A program made the translations under genes and the position numbers. The notes below the pieces were generated by a model. The model saw only the letters and a list, made by a program, of their open reading frames with translations. It did no database searches and was not told the DNA's origin. DNA of 50,777 nt from Octopus bimaculoides (Eukaryota): contig NC_068989.1 of the NCBI RefSeq assembly GCF_001194135.2, positions 58,535,168-58,585,944 of the forward strand. The letters are read 5' to 3'. Shown here in pieces: positions 1 through 12,004 of this stretch; the stretch's first letter is position 1, and each line of letters opens with the position of its first letter.

Positions 1-41
<41 letters not shown>

Positions 42-118
42 TACATACACATACAGAGATATACTCATGTTTATGTATATGTATACACTCACACACACAT
101 ATATAATATGCCCCTCCG

Positions 119-150
<32 letters not shown>
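1..150. repeat. (AT)n / (CT)n microsatellites
   Basis: Direct dinucleotide runs at the window start. Confidence 0.95.
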
Positions 151-156
<6 letters not shown>

Positions 157-250
157 TAATTTATCTACATGTGCTAGTACGGGAAAACGGTCGCAAAACG
201 AACGAATCCACAATATAATGAATGTATCTTGAGGTCGACTTTGCTTTTAA

Positions 251-350
251 TCCTTTCGGAGTCGAATTAAGTACCAGTTGCTCACTAGGGTCGATCTAAT
301 CGACTGTCCCCCTTCCCTAAAATTTCGGGCCTTGTGCTTAGAGTAGAAAA
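251..350 (+). mobile_element. SINE-A 3' half (tail type 1)
   Basis: atcctttcggagtcg...aagtaccagttg...ggccttgtgcttagagtagaaaa matches the 3' half of the full copies at 14244-14512 and 41728-41945. Confidence 0.8.
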
Positions 351-684
351 TAATGTAATGAATGTATGTGTGTATGTATATATGTATGTGTGTATTTGTT
401 TGTGTGTGCGTGTATGAGCCTGTGTGGTTGTGTGTGTGTGTGTGGTCGTGCGCGTATGTGTGAATGTGTGTATACTTGAATAGATACGTACACACACACA
501 CACACGCATCGTATATAGTCATACCTGTGTGGAAATAAGTTTTGTATGAGGACCACATGGTTCCGTGTTCAGTTATACTGTGCGTCACATGAGGCGTTTT
601 CTGCTATAGTACTTGTCTATACCAACACTCCCCACATACTGTTCATACACACACACACAAGTGCACGTGCACACACGCACACAC

Positions 685-694
685 ACGTGCACAT

Positions 695-766
<72 letters not shown>

Positions 767-770
767 ACAC
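685..770. repeat. (CA)n microsatellite
   Basis: Direct. Confidence 0.95.
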
Positions 771-1729
771 AGTTCAACTACATATAATTCGTTACTCATA
801 AATAAATATGATGGTGTGTTTTGCGTAACTTCCTTTATAATAGTGTGAACTTCAAATTAATATTTTGAATCAATATTTTAGCATAGATGTCTTACATTTT
901 TATTCTTACCTTTTCTTGTATTTATGTATCCTCTAGCAGAAGCATCTGATATAGCCAGGGAAATGTTCTTAATGGGAACATATTTTGAAACCCAATGTCT
1001 ATCCACGACTGCACTATTAAATGTATGCATTATTAACAAAAAAAATAGATATGATTTGAGGGAAATTTCGCTTCTATTTCTGACGGTTCTGTTGGCCCTC
1101 AGTCACGCATAAACATATCTTTCTAATAAATATTCATTTGCATTTTGCTAATCATTGAGTATCATCTCATTAATGATATTGCAAATATGTGTCTATGCGC
1201 GTATTCACACATTCACTAGTTGCTTGGTGCTCTTCTTTCGGTGAGGTGTTTACATTAATAACAAAGTGTGAAAGATGTGATTATGATGCAGCCCAGTAGG
1301 TGGAATCGTCACGGTTGGAAGTGTCGCAATCATTGTCTTCTCCTGTCGGCAATTGATGAAGAGAATGTCTCACACGACAAGTTCTATGTATTTGTCGCTC
1401 TCACGAAAGAGCAAGAGTGATCGATACACTTGTACAAAACTGTAGAAGTCCTGTTGCTGTCTCTAGAAATCTTGTTGTTGTAGAGGTCCTGATGTTGCAA
1501 AAAAAAAAAAAAAAAAAAAGAAGCAGCACCAAGAAAAAAAAGCAAAAATACGAATGCGTTTGAAATAGAAATAAATTTGCTATTTCTTTTTTCTACGCTG
1601 AATTCAGTAAAGTCTAATGTTTTTATACATTACTGAACTGTAAACATAATTTCAGTTATATTTACTATATTATTATTAAAACAATTACATTCTCTATTAG
1701 TTTGCCGCTATGTCGTCTTGAAGTTTGGT

Positions 1730-1900
1730 GACAAGTTTCCTTTAATCACAAAAGACTTTCTCAGAGTTCTTGCAGAATACAGGATGGCAGTTTTCTGCAG
1801 TTGACCATGCGAGTATCAATTTCAATAATATTCAGTCTCTTATGTAGTAATATGGGTGTTATACCCAGTGTACTAATTACCACTGAAACAACAGTAGAAA
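1730..1900 (-). mobile_element. R4/Dong-clade non-LTR retrotransposon, C-terminal fragment
   Basis: Minus strand translates, with one frameshift, as STVVSVVISTLGITP...QLQKTAILYSARTLRK. This resembles the V-P-V-(I/V)-G-x-L-G...LQK-x-x-L...RILRK terminus of R4-type elements. Confidence 0.6.
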
Positions 1901-2214
1901 TATATCAGAAAACAATTCAGTCAAATAATTTGAAAATTCTTGATTTAGTCATGGTATTTCTTCTACACCACTCTGTTTAATTAAAACGGTTTCGTTTGCA
2001 AGCATTTTCGAATTATTCTTGTTACCCGGAAAAATGAATTAGAGATTTAAGATGAGAGTAATATGCATGTCAAACAGAAACAGTATGTGTAACTCTTGTT
2101 TAATTCTTTAGCTATGATTCAGTAGACCTATGACCAAAAGCAGGTAAATTGATATTTATAATGTTCAATATCATTTTTGCATTGAAAATCTTCCCAGTTA
2201 ATCCATTCATTCAT

Positions 2215-2517
2215 GGTGGAGGCCAGTGGTTAGGGCAGCGGACTCGCGGTCGGAGGATCGCGGTTTCGATTCCCAAACCGGGCGTTTCGAGTGTTTATTG
2301 AGCGTAAATACCTAAAGCTCCACGAGGCTCCGGCAGGGGGTGGTGGCAACCCCTGTTGTACTCTTTCTCCCCAACTTTCTCTCACTCTTACTTCCTGTTT
2401 CTTGAGTAACGCTGCGATGGACTGGCGTCCCGTCCAGCTGGAGGGAACACATGCGCCATGGAAACCGGGAAACCGGGCCCATGAGCCTGGCTAGGCTTTA
2501 AAAGGGCGGAAAAAAAA
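2215..2517 (+). mobile_element. tRNA-headed SINE with SINE-C head and a V-domain-like 3' half
   Basis: 2215-2402 matches the SINE-C head/body (39865 onward). It then switches to gctgcgatggactggcgtcccgtccag...gaaaccggg, resembling the V-SINE central domain, and ends in an A-rich tail. Confidence 0.75.
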
Positions 2518-2849
2518 TTAATTCGTGATTTTATTTACAATTAAAGAAATGGTATGGACTACCTTGCTGTGTTGGATATCGATGTAGATAATATTTATAT
2601 ACGTAGTTATAAATTAACATGCTGACATTAAGTAACTGACCAATATATATAATGAAAATAAAATAGCACAGTCAAAAATAGCTATAAAAAGATATAAGTA
2701 AATTGAGAAAGTGGGAAAAGGTGGATCTGGCGATCAGTTGTGTGAACTTATAGCAACCGATAGAACGTGAACGTGTGAACGTGATCTTATAGCAACCGAT
2801 AGATTTTGAGTCCTCGACTCCTGATGGAACCGAAGTTGTGCCATTGAGA

Positions 2850-3130
2850 TATGCTGTGCATCTGTCTTCTCGATCTGTTATAACGATATACCAGAAACTT
2901 AAGGTTTTTTCTAGTGATTTGCTTTTCCATTCCTTGATGCTATCTGTTTGTCTTTCTTTCCATCCATTTCTCCTCTATATTTCTCCGAAGACCATTTGAT
3001 ATAGTTACGTGCTCATGCTACTACATCTTTTCTTTTTCTTTATCATTGTGAGAATGTTTCCGGTGAAACCAACGTGATGTTTGGTGGTTTGCGAAGACGG
3101 TTCTCGAGATGATTAAGAAAAATACATGGT
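2850..3130 (-). mobile_element. Possible degenerate RTE-clade LINE 3' fragment
   Basis: Frameshifted minus-strand peptides YQMVFGEI...RQTDSIKEWKSKSL recall the RTE C-terminus (G-x-R-x-x-GR...W-x-D-x-IKEW). Heavily decayed. Confidence 0.3.
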
Positions 3131-3202
3131 TCGGATTCTATTAATGTGTTTGTTCCTCTTTTCTGTCTCAGACTGGTTCATATGATTTCAAACACACACA
3201 CA

Positions 3203-3261
<59 letters not shown>

Positions 3262-4669
3262 NNNNNNNNNNNNNNNNNNNNNNNNNNNNNNNNNNNNNNN
3301 NNNNNNNNNNNNNNNNNNNNNNNNNNNNNNNNNNNNNNNNNNNNNNNNNNNNNNNNNNNNNNNNNNNNNNNNNNNNNNNNNNNNNNNNNNNNNNNNNNNN
3401 NNNNNNNNNNNNNNNNNNNNNNNNNNNNNNNNNNNNNNNNNNNNNNNNNNNNNNNNNNNNNNNNNNNNNNNNNNNNNNNNNNNNNNNNNNNNNNNNNNNN
3501 NNNNNNNNNNNNNNNNNNNNNNNNNNNNNNNNNNNNNNNNNNNNNNNNNNNNNNNNNNNNNNNNNNNNNNNNNNNNNNNNNNNNNNNNNNNNNNNNNNNN
3601 NNNNNNNNNNNNNNNNNNNNNNNNNNNNNNNNNNNNNNNNNNNNNNNNNNNNNNNNNNNNNNNNNNNNNNNNNNNNNNNNNNNNNNNNNNNNNNNNNNNN
3701 NNNNNNNNNNNNNNNNNNNNNNNNNNNNNNNNNNNNNNNNNNNNNNNNNNNNNNNNNNNNNNNNNNNNNNNNNNNNNNNNNNNNNNNNNNNNNNNNNNNN
3801 NNNNNNNNNNNNNNNNNNNNNNNNNNNNNNNNNNNNNNNNNNNNNNNNNNNNNNNNNNNNNNNNNNNNNNNNNNNNNNNNNNNNNNNNNNNNNNNNNNNN
3901 NNNNNNNNNNNNNNNACGCCATACATTTAACAAACTCTTTATACATCATTAACATAAAGAAACGTCACTAAGATTTCACATCAAAGACAGAGTAATAAAA
4001 TGGTAATTATTAATGTTCACTCAAACATTACATCAAACTAAATGCAAAGATATTCCAAAACAAAACAAAGCTATTTGAAATAATTATTCTCCTAAGAACT
4101 GTGTGGGAACAATTATTTCCATTGAAATTATCCATTATTGCAAAAACAAAACAAAAGACAAAAGACATTCCATCAAGTGGAACTTTGTGAAAAACCAACT
4201 TCCCTAAAATAATAAGAATGGAAGACATTAAAAATAACAATAAATAATGATTTAAAGTAAGCTTTGTATAATTGTGAATTATATAACAATTCTTTGTTGT
4301 AGACAGACTAAACTGATGTCTTGTCTGCCTTAATCCGTCTTAAACATACAAGTTATATAAAGATTGAACCCACTAGTTTACAGTAAATATATTGTAAATA
4401 CAATCAACACATCTGTTCCTCCCTTCAAGCTTTTTGTGCCTTTCATCCCGGAAACTGCATTAAACATTTCTCTCAATCCAACATTCCCAGAACATTTCCA
4501 GTCACTCACGCTTTTACTCTATATACCACCAACCTAGAGATATTTAAGATAAAAATCTAGAGGAAAAATCTTATGAAGTTTTGAGGTCACTAAAATGCAA
4601 CAAGTACTACCAAATTCTATCGTATGACGTGTGTATTGAGTACTTTTTCGGATCGTTAACCAACAACGG

Positions 4670-4714
4670 ACACACACACACGGGCACACACACACACGGA
4701 CACGCACACACACG

Positions 4715-4776
<62 letters not shown>
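4670..4776. repeat. (CA)n-rich microsatellite
   Basis: Direct; abuts the truncated end of the mariner remnant. Confidence 0.95.
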
Positions 4777-4781
<5 letters not shown>

Positions 4782-5427
4782 AAAACGCTGACCTTTGAGC
4801 TGCATTTTTATCTTGGGAGTAATCTGGAAATATGGCGGGTGAGGAGGCGATACCATCTTGGTTTTGGCGAGAACCTTACGAGGAGAACTCGGTGACAGGG
4901 TGCATTGTCGTCGATAAGAACCCAGTTCTTCACGCTTCACAGATGTCTTCCCTCAAACGTTTCAAAACGTCGCAGTAGAACTCTCGATTGACAGCCTGGC
5001 CCTGGGGGACAGATGCTCGATGCACAATGCCGTGGATGTCGAAAAAAACGAAGAGCATGCGCTTGATTGAGCTGTGGCTCTGTCGTGCCTTCTTCGGTCA
5101 CTCGAAACATTGCGCATGACCCATTGCCTCGTCGCCGTAAGCTTGCCGAAGCATGCTCAATGTCCTTGTAGAAGACTTCCCAAGTTTAACGCAAAAATTC
5201 ACGTTGGCTCTCTGTTTTAACTTCCTGTCCATGACAAAAATCGCAGAATACAGCACACACGTGATCATAAAAACACAAAATTCATAACTTGCGAAGTAAA
5301 CACAGTGATGCCACTCGGCATAGTGTCTCATGAAGGTCACTGCTGGCTCTCACTGCGCACGTAACTGTGTGCTACCACCTGTTGGCGCACTACAGAACTA
5401 GTCTGGGAACTTTTTGATACCCACTCG
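4777..5427 (-). mobile_element. Internally deleted mariner transposon
   Basis: Terminus TA|cgagtgggtatcaaaaagttcccaga at 5427. N-terminal HTH MDRKLKQRANVNFCVKLGKSS...AYGDEAMGHAQCFE joins directly to PKKARQS...MLFVFFDIHGIVH...VPQGQAVNREFYCDVLKRL and then PHPPY...KMQLKGQRF. The 3' end is lost at the microsatellite. Confidence 0.9.
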
Positions 5428-5781
5428 TACGTGCGTGTGTATGTGTGCGCGCGAGGCGGTGATCATTGTCAGAAATATAATTTTACACTCTATTTTACAC
5501 ACATACGCATACATACAGAGAAAACCACAGCCATGCAAACACATAAAGATACATATACATAAACACTCTGAGACACATGCGTTAAAAGATACATGCACAA
5601 AAAATGCATGGACGTGCATGAACGGATGCATACACACAGCACGTATGAGTACAAGCACACGTACACATTTCTTCCATGGTTATATATACACGCGCGCACA
5701 CACACGTTCATGCATATATACGCCAGTGTTTCATTTTGTGTTGCCTTTGTGAACGAAACTTCGTTTAAACGAAATACTTGT

Positions 5782-5963
5782 ATTGATTTCAAATTTTGGC
5801 ACCAGACTAGCAAGTTCGGGCTCAACTGGTACTTAGTTTATCGACCCAGAAAGTTTGAAAGCAAAGTTGACCTCGGCGGAATTTGAACTCAAAATGTAAA
5901 GATGGCCGAAATGTCGCTAAGCATTTTGCCTGCCGTGCTAACGATTCTACCAGTTCGCCCCTT
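5782..5963 (-). mobile_element. SINE-A (tail type 2)
   Basis: Reverse complement of the SINE-A head/body; tail ...gtgccaaaatttgaaatcaat. Confidence 0.85.
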
Positions 5964-7269
5964 AGCGAAATGCTTAATATTGCTGCTATTCAACTGCCAA
6001 AATCACGAGCCTTTCCTCATTCTCGTTGTTTGCTCCACTTTCGGAATTTTCTGCCTGAATACGAACCGGCTAATAAAGAACCATCTCGCTGCTTTATTCA
6101 GGCGCAGGGAAGAAAACAATCAATCAGTCACACTTTGTTTTTGAAGTCTGGAGTTTTACATGTGCTACATCCTATCACTTGTATGACAATTTCTTACTGT
6201 AATTGAAACAAAATTCAGTACTCTTATTAACCCCCGTGTCCCGTAAGTGTAAAGCAATATCATTAAATATCTAACTAAAGTTTATCAAAAGAACAGGAGA
6301 AAAAAAGAGTGTTGATGTGGAATCATTAGCACTTAAAAATCATCATGAATGTATGTAACAAAATAAGATTTACTATGCAAAATTCAAGTGAGCATAACGC
6401 TTCTATAGTAAAAGGTACGTGCGGTAAAATCTTGGAGAATATGAAATTTTGTTATGTGTTTGGGTGGAGTGTATTTATTTCACTGTCTTTCGCTACTTTC
6501 CAATGTAAAAGGCTTAAATTTTTTTAAAAGCTGGCTACAAAGTCACTCAAACGTTTGTTGCTCTTCCTGGATGGTTTTTAAAGGTCCAAGAAACGGTTTA
6601 ACCCTCATTCTTTAACAAGGGAGTCATTATGTTGAGATATGTAACCTGAAACGGAATTTCCAGAACAATTGAAGAGTATTATAGAAAGAAGTAAATATTC
6701 ATTATTCTAATTTTTTAGGGTAAATGAATGTCTGCTATTTTTATTAAAACTTTTATGTTAAAGGAGAATAAAAATTACCAGAATGTAAACCAACGAAAGA
6801 TCGTCTGACGTTGTTGTTTGGGGCATATGACACTTGAGGTTTAAAACTGGAATCATTAATTGTTTATTATTCTGATACTCCAAGAGCCATGCTATACGTT
6901 TTCAAATCCTAGAAATTTAGCAGTAAAGTTTAGGTTAAACAAGATTTATCTTCTGAATATTTCGTTAATCTGTTTTGTCTTGCTATCAAACATTGCTGTG
7001 AAAAGAATACGGCACTGTTGTTGTTTGGTTAACGCTCTTGGTCAACCATGAAATCTCAGTCCTTGAAAACCGCTAAGTTAGAGCCAAACGATATTCCTTC
7101 AAGACTAACAATGGGAGGCAAGGAATTTGAAGTATAAATGGAGATAGAAAATTAGAATGGTTTGTTATAATGTTAAGAAGAGAGTTTTCATAAACACATA
7201 CGTATGTATATGTATATAGATACATATGTGCACAAAACTACTTTGTATATAAGCTAGATGCCGAATAGT

Positions 7270-7407
7270 GCCTTCTGAGTGAATTTGGTTGACGAAGACT
7301 GCGAAGAAGCCCTTCGTATGCACACACACGCGGACACGCATACACACACATACACAAACACCACACATTCACATGTGTGCGTCTATATGTGTGAGTGTGT
7401 GTGTGTC

Positions 7408-7441
<34 letters not shown>

Positions 7442-7520
7442 CACGTGCACGTGCATACATTTCAGAGTTTGTCTCACACTACTTGATAATCGGTATTGGT
7501 TTGTGTAAGTTCTCGTAACA
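7270..7520 (+). mobile_element. Degenerate SINE-B
   Basis: gtgaatttggttgacgaagactgcgaagaagcccttcgt, an internal microsatellite, then acttgataatcggtattggt; collinear with the copy at 23237-23610. Confidence 0.55.
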
Positions 7521-8061
7521 TGTGAGAAAAATCTATTAATAATTTTTCTCTTATATTTTTTGAATGAGATTTCTTTTAATGTTCACGTGTAAGAAATTTC
7601 ACCTCGTCTTGAGGCTGAATACACATCTGTTTGCGTGTGTTTATGTCTTTCAAGCAAGTGTATGTGTGTATGTGTGTACATATATTCATGTATGTACACA
7701 CACAAGTAAGAAACGTTTTAAAGTTTTTTTTTACCGTGCCAATGTCGACGATATGCATCTTTTAAAGTTAGAGGTAGTGGGGAGGATAGCACATTTACTC
7801 TGAAATACATATCATATCATATATATATNNNNNNNNNNNNNNNNNNNNNNNNNNNNNNNNNNNNNNNNNNNNNNNNNNNNNNNNNNNNNNNNNNNNNNNN
7901 NNNNNNNNNNNNNNNNNNNNNNNNNNNNNNNNNNNNNNNNNNNNNNNNNNNNNNNNNNNNNNNNNNNNNNNNNNNNNNNNNNNNNNNNNNNNNNNNNNNN
8001 NNNNNNNNNNNNNNNNNNNNNNNNNNNNNNNNNNNNNNNNNNNNNNNNNNNNNNNNNNNNN

Positions 8062-8092
<31 letters not shown>

Positions 8093-8340
8093 CTATTTGA
8101 ACTTTGAAATATATAATTCACCAGTTACTGGTACATTGTTACCATTCTAAGAAATCGGAGTTCAGTATTCACGTATTTTATAAGTTTTTTCGAGTTTTAT
8201 TCTCGCAGTGTGCAAATATCAATTAAGTTGCATGTTCCTACTAACCAATTTTACATCGACAGTTTAGCCAATGGATCAAGATATCACTGTAGCCTTCAAC
8301 GGATTACACCGATAAAGATATTTGAACAAAGTTCTCAGTG

Positions 8341-8833
8341 ATAAAAGAGAATGATTTTAGGGAAGACACACGAAGACAAAGAGCTGTGAGGAACATCATG
8401 AACTTGTCTCAGGTCTGCAATAAATTTAACGACTTCGTGGCAGGTACTGTCACTCTGGCCGTGTTTACAGGAAAAACACTTTCGTACAATTTGGAGTTGG
8501 AATTCGGTTTGATTTGAAGCGAGGAGTTTCAGAAGGTGGTGGAATGATATCACAGAAGACAATGGCAAAACCTGGTTAGAAGACACAGAAGATGACAATG
8601 GAAACAATTTATGAAGTCATTGTGTACACTGATTTCTCGAAAGAAACTAGTGTCCAGTATCTTAGTGTCTTAAGCAGTCTCATTATGCAGAAACAGTATT
8701 AAGTAGTAAACAATCAAACCTCGGTTCATTCTTTAAGCCAGTTGGTCCCGACCATGCTGTAGCTGTTAAGCATGTTGATAATATTGAAGAACCAGCACGC
8801 TCTCCGTCATCGCAGACTTCTACGAGTGGATAG
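8341..8833 (+). pseudogene. Probable decayed pogo/Tigger transposase C-terminus
   Basis: Frameshifted peptides ENDFREDTRRQRAVRNIMNLSQV and SHYAETVLSSKQSNLGSFFKP. QSNLGSFF is an exact PIP-box pattern (QxxLxxFF), which pogo-family transposases carry near the C-terminus. Confidence 0.4.
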
Positions 8834-9990
8834 AAAGGAAAAAGAAAGTTCCACTAGCATAAGTTGACCAGTTATCAATCGCACCTCTATCCACGCCTCA
8901 ACGATATCAAACTCACCTGTCTTCTATCACAGGTAAATCAAATTAACAATTTAGTGTTAACTTTTTTAATTTATACATTTTGCATGTGTGTGTGGGTGCG
9001 TGCGTGTATATATANNNNNNNNNNNNNNNNNNNNNNNNNNNNNNNNNNNNNNNNNNNNNNNNNNNNNNNNNNNNNNNNNNNNNNNNNNNNNNNNNNNNNN
9101 NNNNNNNNNNNNNNNNNNNNNNNNNNNNNNNNNNNNNNNNNNNNNNNNNNNNNNNNNNNNNNNNNNNNNNNNNNNNNNNNNNNNNNNNNNNNNNNNNNNN
9201 NNNNNNNNNNNNNNNNNNNNNNNNNNNNNNNNNNNNNNNNNNNNNNNNNNNNNNNNNNNNNNNNNNNNNNNNNNNNNNNNNNNNNNNNNNNNNNNNNNNN
9301 NNNNNNNNNNNNNNNNNNNNNNNNNNNNNNNNNNNNNNNNNNNNNNNNNNNNNNNNNNNNNNNNNNNNNNNNNNNNNNNNNNNNNNNNNNNNNNNNNNNN
9401 NNNNNNNNNNNNNNNNNNNNNNNNNNNNNNNNNNNNNNNNNNNNNNNNNNNNNNNNNNNNNNNNNNNNNNNNNNNNNNNNNNNNNNNNNNNNNNNNNNNN
9501 NNNNNNNNNNNNNNNNNNNNNNNNNNNNNNNNNNNNNNNNNNNNNNNNNNNNNNNNNNNNNNNNNNNNNNNNNNNNNNNNNNNNNNNNNNNNNNNNNNNN
9601 NNNNNNNNNNNNNNNNNNNNNNNNNNNNNNNNNNNNNNNNNNNNNNNNNNNNNNNNNNNNNNNNNNNNNNNNNNNNNNNNNNNNNNNNNNNNNNNNNNNN
9701 NNNNNNNNNNNNNNNNNNNNNNNNNNNNNNNNNNNNNNNNNNNNNNNNNNNNNNNNNNNNNNNNNNNNNNNNNNNNNNNNNNNNNNNNNNNNNNNNNNNN
9801 NNNNNNNNNNNNNNNNNNNNNNNNNNNNNNNNNNNNNNNNNNNNNNNNNNNNNNNNNNNNNNNNNNNNNNNNNNNNNNNNNNNNNNNNNNNNNNNNNNNN
9901 NNNNNNNNNNNNNNNNNNNNNNNNNNNNNNNNNNNNNNNNNNNNNNNNNNNNNNNNNNNNNNNNNNNNNNNNNNNNNNNNNNNNNNNNNN

Positions 9991-10038
<48 letters not shown>

Positions 10039-10039
10039 G

Positions 10040-10230
10040 TGTATATGTGTCTTTGTTTATGACTGTGTTTATCCCCTGCCACTGCTTGACAACCAGTGTT
10101 GGTGTGTTTACGTCCCGCAGAATAAGTACCCAGGCCTAAAAATTAAGTACTGGGGTCGATTCATTCGGCGAAAAATTCTTCAAGGAGTTGCCCCGGCATG
10201 GCCGCAGTGTAATTACTAAAACAAGAAAAA
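10040..10230 (+). mobile_element. SINE-B 3' half
   Basis: cactgcttgacaaccagtgttggtgtgtttacgtccc...ggggtcgattcattcg...gcatggccgcagtg...aaacaag matches 23440-23600. Confidence 0.8.
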
Positions 10231-10602
10231 TATGAGATATTTTTTGCATAGTTAAATATGATATCCATTTAGATGTTTTGTGCATTGATGTTATATACAA
10301 TTATGCTTTATATTTCCATATGACGTTACATCTTCAATAATTTTGTTCTATTCATTTTGTTCCTTGTACATTTCGCATATTTCCTAAATATTCCTACAAA
10401 CATACATAAATATATACATACATATATATGTGCGTGTGTGTGTGAGTGTATGTATGTGTATGCATGTGTGTATATTCTTCACACTCAAACACACACATTT
10501 ATATGCATATATTGTACACACTGTCATTCTCTATATGTGATACACACACACATACATATATATATATGTATATATACACACATATATATATACGTACACT
10601 CA

Positions 10603-10658
<56 letters not shown>

Positions 10659-11300
10659 NNNNNNNNNNNNNNNNNNNNNNNNNNNNNNNNNNNNNNNNNN
10701 NNNNNNNNNNNNNNNNNNNNNNNNNNNNNNNNNNNNNNNNNNNNNNNNNNNNNNNNNNNNNNNNNNNNNNNNNNNNNNNNNNNNNNNNNNNNNNNNNNNN
10801 NNNNNNNNNNNNNNNNNNNNNNNNNNNNNNNNNNNNNNNNNNNNNNNNNNNNNNNNNNNNNNNNNNNNNNNNNNNNNNNNNNNNNNNNNNNNNNNNNNNN
10901 NNNNNNNNNNNNNNNNNNNNNNNNNNNNNNNNNNNNNNNNNNNNNNNNNNNNNNNNNNNNNNNNNNNNNNNNNNNNNNNNNNNNNNNNNNNNNNNNNNNN
11001 NNNNNNNNNNNNNNNNNNNNNNNNNNNNNNNNNNNNNNNNNNNNNNNNNNNNNNNNNNNNNNNNNNNNNNNNNNNNNNNNNNNNNNNNNNNNNNNNNNNN
11101 NNNNNNNNNNNNNNNNNNNNNNNNNNNNNNNNNNNNNNNNNNNNNNNNNNNNNNNNNNNNNNNNNNNNNNNNNNNNNNNNNNNNNNNNNNNNNNNNNNNN
11201 NNNNNNNNNNNNNNNNNNNNNNNNNNNNNNNNNNNNNNNNNNNNNNNNNNNNNNNNNNNNNNNNNNNNNNNNNNNNNNNNNNNNNNNNNNNNNNNNNNNN

Positions 11301-11336
<36 letters not shown>

Positions 11337-11351
11337 TATATATACCCGTAA

Positions 11352-11535
11352 GGTAGTGGCAAGCGTTGACACAATCGTTAGCGTGTGGGGCAAAATGATT
11401 AGCGCTATTTCTTCGGACTAACATCCTGAGTTCAATTTCCACCGAGGTCGGAGTTGTTTTTCATCCTTCCGTGGTCGGTCAAATAATTAAAATTGACTAA
11501 CCCCTCCCACTAAATTTGTTGGCCTTTGAAACCTA
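11352..11535 (+). mobile_element. Degenerate SINE-A
   Basis: aatcgttagc...gagttcaatttccaccgaggtcg...tttcatccttccgtggtcg. Confidence 0.65.
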
Positions 11536-11567
11536 TACGATATGATATATGTATAATATAGAAAATA

Positions 11568-11634
<67 letters not shown>

Positions 11635-12004
11635 TACAGACACTTACACCCTCATACTTAGATGTGGACATGGGTGTGTGAATTAGAAGTCCGTTTCGAA
11701 ATTACTTAATTTCGGTTTCGGTTTCATTATGCGGTATTTTGGGCAACATGACAAATGACATCGTGTATCACGCAATAGAATTTAAACGAAAATGCATATC
11801 TAATATTCATCTCTGCTATATATAACGAAGTAGTGATCTTCATTGAAAGTGCTATACAATCTTAGCAGGCAATGGTATTGAACTGCATGGATTGCTAGTT
11901 CTAGTATGCACTGCAGCTACCACCCTCTGTCACCAGATCCTTCAAACAACCAGCTGTCATTCAACACTGGAACAGTATTTCCACTAAAATGAATGACTCT
12001 TGGC

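Noticed and set aside
1265-1500. Moderately GC-rich stretch next to a poly-A run, as an exon or retrocopy
   Set aside because: All frames from the candidate acceptors close quickly, with no recognisable motif and no TSD.
2747-2802. 17-bp direct repeat cttatagcaaccgatag around a 22-bp spacer
   Set aside because: Best explained as a small local slippage duplication, with no further copies.
4028-4240. Hydrophobic 70-aa ORF as a membrane-protein exon
   Set aside because: Hydrophobicity is explained by T-richness; there is no family motif or convincing splice boundary.
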